Shown here piece by piece: positions 36,618-44,773 of a DNA stretch of 64,000 nucleotides. Every line of letters begins with the position of its first letter. The stretch's first letter is position 1. This stretch comes from an uncultured Selenomonadaceae bacterium. GTDB lineage: Bacteria > Bacillota > Negativicutes > Selenomonadales > Selenomonadaceae. The DNA is taken from positions 3,740-67,739 of the forward strand of contig CALELM010000046.1 of the NCBI GenBank assembly GCA_937902665.1. Direction: 5' to 3'. A program made the position numbers and the translations under genes. The notes below the pieces were generated by a model. It did no database searches. It saw only the letters and a list, made by a program, of their open reading frames with translations, and was not told the DNA's origin.

Positions 36618-38312
36618 ATGAGTGTGAATGGTATCTACGGCTTGTCTGGTTCCGGCATGGACATTGATTCAATGGTCAAGGCAGGCATGCTGACGAAGCA
36701 GAACCAGTATGACAAGCTATACAAGACAAATACGAAAAACGAGTGGATGAAGGAAGCATATACAAATGTCTACAGTGACATGAACAAGTTTGCTATGTCC
36801 ACGTTGTCGGATTTCAAGATGTCCTCTTTTACGGCCCCAATGACGGTCAGCACGTCCAATGCGGGCGTAGTGACGGCAACGGCAAATGCCGATGCCGCGC
36901 AGATGGCACATACGGTGGAGGTCGAGAGCCTTGCATCGAATGCTTACCTGATGACGACAGACCATGTGCAGCGGGCAAAAGAAAATGCGGTTGGCTTTTC
37001 TTTGAAGGACGTGCTCTTTACTGAGGCGGAGCAGGCAGACTTGCTTGCAAAACTCAATGATGGGACGCTTGACGGAGATGAAACGGCAATCAGCTTTCAT
37101 GTTTCCTTGGGCGAGAATGCGACAGCTTCCTTGGATGCTGAGGGAAATCCCCTGCCGACGGAAACAACGATTTCTTTCAGCTACAAGGATTTGCTTACCA
37201 GTGAGCAGACGATGAATGATTTGGCAGATGCGTTCAATCAGAGCGGGATTGGGCTGAAGGCATCCTATGATGCAACGAATGACTCGTTTTCCATCTACCA
37301 GAAGAATGGCGGCAGCAAGAATAAGATTGAGCTTACGCTGAACGACACGGATTCGGATGCTGTGAAGGGGAATGCGACAAAGCTTCTGGACAACCTGCAT
37401 TTGGGCAAGGTGACGCAGGAGTCAACAACGACTGGCTTGTCGAGCAAACTCTCAGATCCTTTGACGATTGCTGGTGGTATCAAGGCGGAAGGTACGGATG
37501 GCGTGGTGAAGGTTGACGGCAGGACGTACACGACGGAAACAAGCAAGATCTCCGTTGGCAATGTCCAGTACTCGCTGCTTGCGAAGGGAAGCTCTACCGT
37601 CAATATTTCGCAGGATACGGACAAGCTGGTAGACAACGTGAAGACCTTTGTTGAGGAATACAACAAGATGATGGATTCCCTGATTGCCAAGTACAACGAG
37701 ACGCAGTACAAGGACTATGGCGTGCTGACGAAGGCACAGGAAGAGGGCATGACGCAGGAGCAGATCACGAAGTGGAATGAGAAAGCAAAATCCGGTCTCC
37801 TGTACCATGACCAGAGACTGAGCAAGCTGATGACGCAGATCCGCGAGGCTTTCTATACGCCAGTGGAGGGTACGGGAAGCAAGTACAATACGATGATGTC
37901 CATTGGTCTTACATCATCCACGGATCAGGGGCATATCAAGCTGGACGAGGACAAGCTGAGGAAGGCCTTGGCAGCAGATCCGGATTGCGTCAGGAAGATT
38001 TTTACTGCCACGGGCGATGTGAATGTCAATGGGAAGCTGGAAACGGATTATGCCAAAGAGGGCGTGCTGAACCGCATGCAGGACAAGATTTTCAGCAATC
38101 TCAAGGATTTGAAGTCCTATGCGGGCGATAGCGCAAATGCAGAGGATGGCAGCGCGCTTGGCAAGATGATTATGGACATGCGCACGAAGATGAGCGATTT
38201 CAAGACGATGATGAGTGCCTATGAGACGAAGCTTTATGCGAAGTACGATGCTATGGAGCAGGCGATTGCCCGCATGAGCGGAATGTACAACTATATCATG
38301 GGCGGAAACTAA
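36618..38312 (+). CDS. fliD: Flagellar filament cap protein FliD
   Basis: MSVNGIYGLSGSGMDIDSMVKAGM N-terminus, C-terminal YAKYDAMEQAIARM, and its position before fliS. Confidence 0.9.
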   Translation: MSVNGIYGLSGSGMDIDSMVKAGMLTKQNQYDKLYKTNTKNEWMKEAYTNVYSDMNKFAMSTLSDFKMSSFTAPMTVSTSNAGVVTATANADAAQMAHTVEVESLASNAYLMTTDHVQRAKENAVGFSLKDVLFTEAEQADLLAKLNDGTLDGDETAISFHVSLGENATASLDAEGNPLPTETTISFSYKDLLTSEQTMNDLADAFNQSGIGLKASYDATNDSFSIYQKNGGSKNKIELTLNDTDSDAVKGNATKLLDNLHLGKVTQESTTTGLSSKLSDPLTIAGGIKAEGTDGVVKVDGRTYTTETSKISVGNVQYSLLAKGSSTVNISQDTDKLVDNVKTFVEEYNKMMDSLIAKYNETQYKDYGVLTKAQEEGMTQEQITKWNEKAKSGLLYHDQRLSKLMTQIREAFYTPVEGTGSKYNTMMSIGLTSSTDQGHIKLDEDKLRKALAADPDCVRKIFTATGDVNVNGKLETDYAKEGVLNRMQDKIFSNLKDLKSYAGDSANAEDGSALGKMIMDMRTKMSDFKTMMSAYETKLYAKYDAMEQAIARMSGMYNYIMGGN

Positions 38313-38340
38313 TGTGCGGATGGTCTAGGGAGGACAGAGG

Positions 38341-38751
38341 ATGGTAAACGCAGCAGAAGCCTACAAGAGGCAGCAGATCATGACGGCGACGCCGGAAGCA
38401 TTGACGCTGATGCTTTACAATGGATGCCTTAAATTCATTACGGAAGGCATGGAATACGTTGAGAAAAAGGATTACGAGCAGGCAAACATCACGCTTCAAA
38501 AGGCGCAGAACATCATTTCGGAGTTCCGCGTAACGCTGAAGATGGAATATGATATTGCAAAGCAGCTGATGCCGCTTTACAACTATACCTATGATCGCTT
38601 GGTAGAGGGCAACATGAAGAGCGATCTCAAGCAGCTGCAGGAGGCATACACCATCATCAGGGAGCTTCGGGATGCATGGGTGCTTGCCATGAAGAAGGCA
38701 CGTCAGGAGCAGGGAACGAAGAACGTGCAGGGGAACAGCTATGTCGGATGA
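38341..38751 (+). CDS. fliS: Flagellin-specific chaperone FliS
   Basis: AYKRQQIMTATPEALTLMLYNGCLKF...YTIIRELRDAW signature. Confidence 0.9.
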   Translation: MVNAAEAYKRQQIMTATPEALTLMLYNGCLKFITEGMEYVEKKDYEQANITLQKAQNIISEFRVTLKMEYDIAKQLMPLYNYTYDRLVEGNMKSDLKQLQEAYTIIRELRDAWVLAMKKARQEQGTKNVQGNSYVG

Positions 38752-39088
38752 TGCAATGAAGAGGGCAAAGGAAAACTGGGAGCTTTACTATACGCTGACG
38801 AAGGAGATGCTGAAGTATATCGAGGCTGCTGATATCGAGCAGTTTCTGGAGATAGAGAGGCAGAGGGCAGTCATCGTGGAGCGGATGAAGGAGCTTCCGG
38901 AGACGGAGACCTATCGGCAGACGGAGGAATGCAGGGAACTCGTTCAAGAGATCAAGCCCATTGATATGCAGGTACTCTACAAGGCAAAGACTTGGCTCAA
39001 CAAGAGCCGCCGCCAAAATGCGACGGTACATTCCTATGATCTGCAGCACGTCAACCCTATCGGAAATATTTTAAACAGAAAATACTGA
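38741..39088 (+). CDS. FliT-like helical protein
   Basis: 115-aa helical ORF overlapping the fliS stop, in the fliD-fliS-fliT position. The call rests on synteny only. Confidence 0.45.
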   Translation: MSDDAMKRAKENWELYYTLTKEMLKYIEAADIEQFLEIERQRAVIVERMKELPETETYRQTEECRELVQEIKPIDMQVLYKAKTWLNKSRRQNATVHSYDLQHVNPIGNILNRKY

Positions 39089-39094
39089 AAACGC

Positions 39095-39121
39095 TTAAGG
39101 AAAGCCGGATATCTCCGATAT
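39095..39121 (+). promoter_or_regulatory. Sigma-28 (FliA/SigD)-type promoter, upstream copy
   Basis: CGCTTAA-N15-TCCGATATATGGGTA. The -10 matches the GCCGATAT-type consensus. Confidence 0.55.
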
Positions 39122-39185
39122 ATGGGTAACAGGCGGGAGAGCTTAGGAAAAGCGAAAAGAAAAGCAAAAAAACTAAAAAAACCGC

Positions 39186-39212
39186 TTAACAAAATGGAAA
39201 ATACTCCGATAT
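39186..39212 (+). promoter_or_regulatory. Sigma-28 (FliA/SigD)-type promoter, downstream copy
   Basis: CGCTTAA-N15-TCCGATATATGGGTA, with the same spacing and the same 15-nt -10 block as the upstream copy. Confidence 0.6.
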
Positions 39213-39330
39213 ATGGGTATAAGGTTCTCAAAGGTATTCCAAAGGTAATCAGCAGGCTTCTTGGAAGTTCAGGGATGGTCAGCTAGCAGCCGGACAGGGG
39301 CGGACATCAGCTTGCTATTATAAAGTCAGT

Positions 39331-39382
39331 AACGGTCAAGGAAGGCCGTTAGAAAATATTAACAACTGTTTATCAGGGAGGA
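39331..39382 (+). promoter_or_regulatory. Putative CsrA binding sites in the fliC leader
   Basis: The hairpin AACGG-TCAAGGAAGG-CCGTT presents AAGGA in its loop (39331-39350). A second GGA motif lies in the SD AGGGAGGA (39375-39382). Confidence 0.5.
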
Positions 39383-39389
39383 ATTTATC

Positions 39390-40718
39390 ATGGCAATGGT
39401 AGTAAAGAACAACATGGCTGCAATCAGCACGCTGAACACTTTGAACAAGAACTCCAGCGCATTGACGAAGAGCTTGGCAAAGGTATCTTCCGGCATGAAA
39501 ATCAACAATGCAGCAGATGATGCTTCCGGTTATGCAATTTCCGAGCGTATGCGCGTTCAGATCCGTTCCTTGGATCAGGCAAACCAGAACACGCAGAACG
39601 GTAACAGCATGATGAAGGTTGCAGAAGGCGCTGTTTCCAGCACGGTCGAGATTCTCAAGACCTTGAAGGAAAAGGTTATCAACGCAGCGAACGATACCAA
39701 CACGGATTCTGACCGTGCTCAGATCCAGAAGGAACTTGACCAGAGCATTGACCAGATCAATGACAATGCAAACATCACTTACAATGGCAAGTACCTTGTG
39801 GATGGTTCCCACAACAACAAGGTTACGGCTACTTGCACGGCACTCACGAACGAGAGCATGTTCTCCTCTACGGTGGGTGGTTCTGCATTGACAAGCCTGA
39901 AGAGCCGCAGCGGTGAGTCCCTCAATATCCACAGCACGGATAATGTGACGATTTCCTTCGTAAAGCAGGGCAGGACTTACACGACGACGTTCTCAATTGG
40001 TACCTGCACGTTGCAGAATGTTGTGGATGCTTCTTCAACAGGTAAGTGTGGCACGGAGACTCTTAGCACTGCAGCTCTTGTACTTACACAGACTGGTTCG
40101 CTCATTGGCAAGGATGGTTCTGGCAACTCTGTTTATACGGCAGACAATGGCCCGGCAGTGACGATTGCAGCAGCTGGCACTGGTACGAACAACCAGATTT
40201 CCGGTATCACGATCAGCATCACGAACAATCAGGGTGCAATCAACAAGTCCGCAAACGCAGCTTTGGATGCATTTGAGGAGAAGATTCGCGCACAGAACAC
40301 TTCGGATGACAATGCTATCGTCCTGCAGGTTGGCACGAAGGCAAATCAGGCAATCAAGATTGGCTTGACGGACATGCGTGCTGAGGCACTCGGTCTCAAG
40401 GGTACGGATGGTTCCACCCTCAACATCGCTACGCAGAAGAATGCAAATGCTGCTATCAACGTTCTTGACAGCGCAATCCAGAAGGCTCTTGACCAGCAGA
40501 CGACAATCGGTTCTGTAGAAAGCCGCTTGAGCTACACGAGCAGCAACTTGACGACAGCTTCTGAGAACGTTCAGGCTGCAGAGTCCACGATTCGCGATGC
40601 AGACATGGCAAAGGAAATGACGGAATACACGAAGAACAACGTTCTTCTTCAGGCAGCTCAGTCGATGCTGTCTCAGGCAAACCAGAACAGCTCCGCTGTA
40701 CTCAGCTTGCTCCAGTAA
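39390..40718 (+). CDS. fliC: Flagellin
   Basis: Canonical flagellin N-terminus (NNMAAISTLNTLNKNSSALTKSLAKVSSGMKINNAADDASGYAISERM) and C-terminus (LLQAAQSMLSQANQNSSAVLSLLQ). The central domain is Ser/Thr-rich. Confidence 0.95.
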   Translation: MAMVVKNNMAAISTLNTLNKNSSALTKSLAKVSSGMKINNAADDASGYAISERMRVQIRSLDQANQNTQNGNSMMKVAEGAVSSTVEILKTLKEKVINAANDTNTDSDRAQIQKELDQSIDQINDNANITYNGKYLVDGSHNNKVTATCTALTNESMFSSTVGGSALTSLKSRSGESLNIHSTDNVTISFVKQGRTYTTTFSIGTCTLQNVVDASSTGKCGTETLSTAALVLTQTGSLIGKDGSGNSVYTADNGPAVTIAAAGTGTNNQISGITISITNNQGAINKSANAALDAFEEKIRAQNTSDDNAIVLQVGTKANQAIKIGLTDMRAEALGLKGTDGSTLNIATQKNANAAINVLDSAIQKALDQQTTIGSVESRLSYTSSNLTTASENVQAAESTIRDADMAKEMTEYTKNNVLLQAAQSMLSQANQNSSAVLSLLQ

Positions 40719-40747
40719 TCCGTTTCGTTTCGTACAAGGTTACTACC

Positions 40748-40780
40748 AAACCCCTCTCCTTTGGGAGAGGGGTTTTTCTT
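40748..40780 (+). terminator. Intrinsic terminator after fliC
   Basis: AAACCCCTCTCC-TTTG-GGAGAGGGGTTT stem followed by TTTTCTT. Confidence 0.8.
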
Positions 40781-40807
40781 GAATAAAAATGAGAAAGGGA
40801 CGTTCCT

Positions 40808-43800
40808 ATGAAAATTACTGCCTGCTATATTACGAAGAACGAAGAAGAGAACCTGCCAAGCTCCTTGGAATCCATACGGGAGGTGGCAGATGAAATCATC
40901 GTAGTAGATACTGGTTCGGTGGACAGGACGGTGGAGATTGCGCAATCGTATGGGGCAGCAGTGTATCGCCATCCATGGCAGGATGATTTTTCAGAGCCGA
41001 GAAATGTAGCTTTGGAACATGCGAGCGGAGAATGGATCTTGTTTTTGGATGCGGATGAATCCTTCCTGCATGTGGAGCATTTGCGTGAGGCAATGGAACG
41101 GATGATGGAGGAAAAGCCTTCGGTGGAGGTTTGGCTTGTTCCTTCTTTTCATGTGGACAAGAGAAATTTGGAGCGTGTGCAAAGCATTTCGTATGTCACG
41201 AAATTGTTTCGGAACAGGAAGGATATACGATACCATGGCCGCATCCATGAGAATATCCGAAAGGATGGCGGAGAGCTGGAGCTGGGATATGCGAGTGAAG
41301 CATTAGCCATTCGGCATACGGGATATTCTGCTTCCTTGTCCAAGGAAAAGGCATTGCGAAATTTGAGGATCTTGGAACAGGAGATAGAGCGGTACGGCAA
41401 GCTTCCGGGTTATGATTATTATTTAGCAGACTGCTACTATTCCTTGGAACGCTATGAGGAGGCACTTTCCTGCGCAAAGAGCCAAGCAATGGGAGATGTG
41501 CGAATGATTGGTCATGAGAGCCATGCGCATCACCTTGCCTTGGAGTGCATGAGAAAGCTAAAGACTCCGCTTGACGAGCAGCTGGCGTGGGTGGAGCAGG
41601 CGAAGGAGGAGTATCCCTTGCTGCCGGACTATTATGCGGAGCGTGGGATGCTCCTGAGCAGCATGGGACGGCTGGAGGAAGCAGAGAAGGAATTCTTGGA
41701 GGCATTGCTTCGCTACGAGGGAAAGGAATATCCCCCCTGCCAAGGGAGTATTTTTACGGAGCAGGTGGCGGCGAGAGCGAGTGTAAGGCTTGGTGAGATT
41801 GCTTCCCGTCTTGGAAAGAGGGAGGAAGCGAAGCAGTATTTTGCAATAGCGGGGAGGTATGATGCTTTGGATGGGGAAGTAGCTAGGAAAAGGAAGGAAT
41901 GTCTTGGCGTAGAACGGAGAGCGGACGGGATCCGGATCTCTGCTTGCTATATGGTGAAGAACGAGGCGGACAACTTAAAGCGCTCTATCGAGAGCATCAG
42001 GGAGGAAGTCGATGAGATCATCGTGGTAGATACCGGCTCGACGGATGGGACGGTGGAGATGGCGCAATCGTATGGGGCAGAGGTTTATTTTCTTCCTTGG
42101 GCGGATGATTTTTCTGCACCGAGGAATGAGGCGCTTTCCCATGCCACGGGAGACTGGATTATTTTCTTGGATGCGGATGAGTATTTTACGGAGGAAACGA
42201 AGGGGAATCTCCGCAGGGTTGTCGCATCAGAAAAAAAGGGAAATCTCTTGCTGGTTCCTGCTGAGCAATATGACAGCACGACTGGACGGCGGCAGATTGT
42301 CATCTATTCGCCGCGAATCTTGCGATGCCAGGAGGGACTGCATTATGTTGGCAGGATCCATGAGGAGATTCGCGCTTGCGGCCGCATTGTGCTGCCGGTA
42401 TGCCAGCTGGCTCCTGCGGACTTGAAATTGATCCATACTGGATATTCCAGCTCGCTGACGCAGAAGAAGGCAGAACGGAATTTGAAGATCTTGCTGCAGG
42501 AGCTGGAGGACACGGACGATGAGGAGCGGCGCAATCGGCTCTATATGTATTTGGCAGAAACCTATGCAGGATTGGACAAGAACGAACTGGCAAAGTATTA
42601 TGCGAGGAAGGACATTGCCTTGGGGCGGCAGCCTATTGTATATGCGAGCCGTTCCTATCGGATCCTGCTGCACTGCTTGGCACAGGAGAAGGATGCAGGA
42701 AAGGAACGTTTGAGGGTTTCGGAGAAAGCAACGGAGGATTTTCCGGAGGTGCCGGATTTCCATGCAGAATTGGCACAGTGCCTAGCGGATGATCTCCAGT
42801 ATGAGAAGGCGGTCAGGGAAGCGGAAAAGGCTCTTTCTTCGGTGAAGGATTACTGCTGGATCGAGCCGATGGAGATGGATGAGGAGGCTTTGCGCCTCTT
42901 GACACACAGGAAAGAAGTATGGGAAAGGATACAGGAGAGAGCAAGTCATATCAAGGTATCTGCGTGCCTTATTGTGAAGGATGGGGGAGAGGATTTCAAG
43001 CTTTGGAACAAGAATGCGGATGCCTATGCTTTTGAGAAGATCGTGGTGGACACTGGCTCAACGGATGGAACGGCAGAGCTTGCGGCTGCTTGCGGCTGCA
43101 AGGTATATCCGATGGAATGGCATGGGGACTTTGCGGCGGCGAGAAATGAGGCGCTTTTCCATGCGACAGGGGACTGGGCAGCTGTGCTTGATGCAGATGA
43201 GGAGTTCATAGAGCCGGAGAAGGTACGCCCGTACCTTGCCCGCATGGAGCTTAGTTATGGGAAAGCGGATGCTGTTATGGTGCCGATCATTCACATTGAT
43301 ACGGATGACGGGAATCGAGAGATCAAGCGAGCTCCCTATACAAGGCTTCTTCGCATGGGGAGGGGACTGCATTACCAAGGGAGAGTGCATGAGAGACTGG
43401 TAAAGCAGGTCGGTGAGGTATGCCTTTTTGCAGAAGAGGAAAAACTGGCGATTCGTCATACGGGGTATTCCTCCGGACGTATCTTAGGGAAGCTGCAGAG
43501 AAATTTGGAACTGCTGCAAAGAGAAATCGCAGAGCATGGAAAGAAGCCCCAGCATGACAGGTATTTGGCGGATTGCTATTATGGCATGGGAGATTACGCA
43601 AAGGCTTTGGAGCATGCGCAGATGGCTTTGGGAGGAGCGGTATCCCTTGGGGCGCAGAGCGATTTGTGCAGGATGCTTCTTTCCTGCATGAAGGAGTTGG
43701 AGACTCCGAAAGAGGAGCAGATTGCTGTTGCACGGCAGGCGGTGGAGAACTATCCCGATTTGCCGGATTTTTATGGCTTGCTGGGACTCTTGCTTTTGGA

Positions 43801-44773
43801 AAGCGACAGGGAGCAGGCAGTCTCCCTCTTGGAACAGGCAATCAATCTTTTTGAGAATTCAGCTTCCAGTGGGGAGGCAAGCCAGTTTGCCGATTTTGCA
43901 GATGAGGTATTTGCGGCATTGGCGGAAGTATGCCTGCCTGACCAGAAAGCATGGGAGCTTGCTAAAAAGGCACTGCACTGGAATCCAAGAAATGAGAATG
44001 CCTTGGATGTGATCTGTACCTGCAAGGAAGGGACATCGGATGGGGAACTATTGGAGCTTCTTCAGGAAATGCTGGGAAGAGACGAAAAACAAGTGAGATA
44101 CTTGGCAAGGTTTGCAGAAAGCTATGGAAGGATTGGGCTTTTGGAAGAGGCGGAGCGAGTGTTGCGTGAGGAATTCCAGCAGGATGCCTGCCTGACGGAA
44201 ACCTATCAGAGATGGAAGGAAAACGGAGAGGCTGCTTTAGGGGAATGCTTTACGTTTGCTGCAGAAAATATCAAGAAGCTGCCGCCTGTCATGGTGTGCT
44301 TGGAGCAGGAAAAAACGATGCCTGCGAGGAAGCTCTTAAAAGAAGCAGAGAAGCAGCTGCCGCCTTCGATGCAGGTGCTTTGGAGGTGCTACAGGGAAGG
44401 TGAGGTGCCGGATTCCTTCAACAGGCAGGATGGATTTGATTTTTTCATGGAGGCTTTTCTGGACTGGGGAACAGAGGAACAGCTGGAGCGGTTCCTGTCA
44501 CTGGCCGGTGCTTTGGAGGAGCAGGACGTTTGGGAGCTTGGAACAGCTCTCTTTGTGCGCAGGCGGTGGCAGGGCGTGATTGCCCTGCAGTCCATGTTCC
44601 CTGCGGATTCTCCGTTGGCAAATGAAGAATTTTGGTATCGGCTCGGCGTATGCTTTTATGAGCTTGGCGAGGAGGAAACGGCACAGGAGTGCATGGAAAA
44701 GGCGCTTTCCATGTGCGAGGATCATGCAGGAGCAATTTCCTATATGGCATGGATGAGAGGTGAGAGAGCATGA
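40808..44773 (+). CDS. Tri-modular GT2-TPR glycosyltransferase (three tandem GT2 catalytic domains, each followed by TPR-like helical repeats)
   Basis: Three reiterations of the I(S/T)ACY..KNE...EIIVVDTGS.D.TVE.A...G..V....W..DF...RN.AL.HA.G.W...LDADE block start near 40808, 41930 and 42950. Each is followed by an (I)(R/H)HTGYS..L...KA.RNL segment. Confidence 0.85.
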   Translation: MKITACYITKNEEENLPSSLESIREVADEIIVVDTGSVDRTVEIAQSYGAAVYRHPWQDDFSEPRNVALEHASGEWILFLDADESFLHVEHLREAMERMMEEKPSVEVWLVPSFHVDKRNLERVQSISYVTKLFRNRKDIRYHGRIHENIRKDGGELELGYASEALAIRHTGYSASLSKEKALRNLRILEQEIERYGKLPGYDYYLADCYYSLERYEEALSCAKSQAMGDVRMIGHESHAHHLALECMRKLKTPLDEQLAWVEQAKEEYPLLPDYYAERGMLLSSMGRLEEAEKEFLEALLRYEGKEYPPCQGSIFTEQVAARASVRLGEIASRLGKREEAKQYFAIAGRYDALDGEVARKRKECLGVERRADGIRISACYMVKNEADNLKRSIESIREEVDEIIVVDTGSTDGTVEMAQSYGAEVYFLPWADDFSAPRNEALSHATGDWIIFLDADEYFTEETKGNLRRVVASEKKGNLLLVPAEQYDSTTGRRQIVIYSPRILRCQEGLHYVGRIHEEIRACGRIVLPVCQLAPADLKLIHTGYSSSLTQKKAERNLKILLQELEDTDDEERRNRLYMYLAETYAGLDKNELAKYYARKDIALGRQPIVYASRSYRILLHCLAQEKDAGKERLRVSEKATEDFPEVPDFHAELAQCLADDLQYEKAVREAEKALSSVKDYCWIEPMEMDEEALRLLTHRKEVWERIQERASHIKVSACLIVKDGGEDFKLWNKNADAYAFEKIVVDTGSTDGTAELAAACGCKVYPMEWHGDFAAARNEALFHATGDWAAVLDADEEFIEPEKVRPYLARMELSYGKADAVMVPIIHIDTDDGNREIKRAPYTRLLRMGRGLHYQGRVHERLVKQVGEVCLFAEEEKLAIRHTGYSSGRILGKLQRNLELLQREIAEHGKKPQHDRYLADCYYGMGDYAKALEHAQMALGGAVSLGAQSDLCRMLLSCMKELETPKEEQIAVARQAVENYPDLPDFYGLLGLLLLESDREQAVSLLEQAINLFENSASSGEASQFADFADEVFAALAEVCLPDQKAWELAKKALHWNPRNENALDVICTCKEGTSDGELLELLQEMLGRDEKQVRYLARFAESYGRIGLLEEAERVLREEFQQDACLTETYQRWKENGEAALGECFTFAAENIKKLPPVMVCLEQEKTMPARKLLKEAEKQLPPSMQVLWRCYREGEVPDSFNRQDGFDFFMEAFLDWGTEEQLERFLSLAGALEEQDVWELGTALFVRRRWQGVIALQSMFPADSPLANEEFWYRLGVCFYELGEEETAQECMEKALSMCEDHAGAISYMAWMRGERA

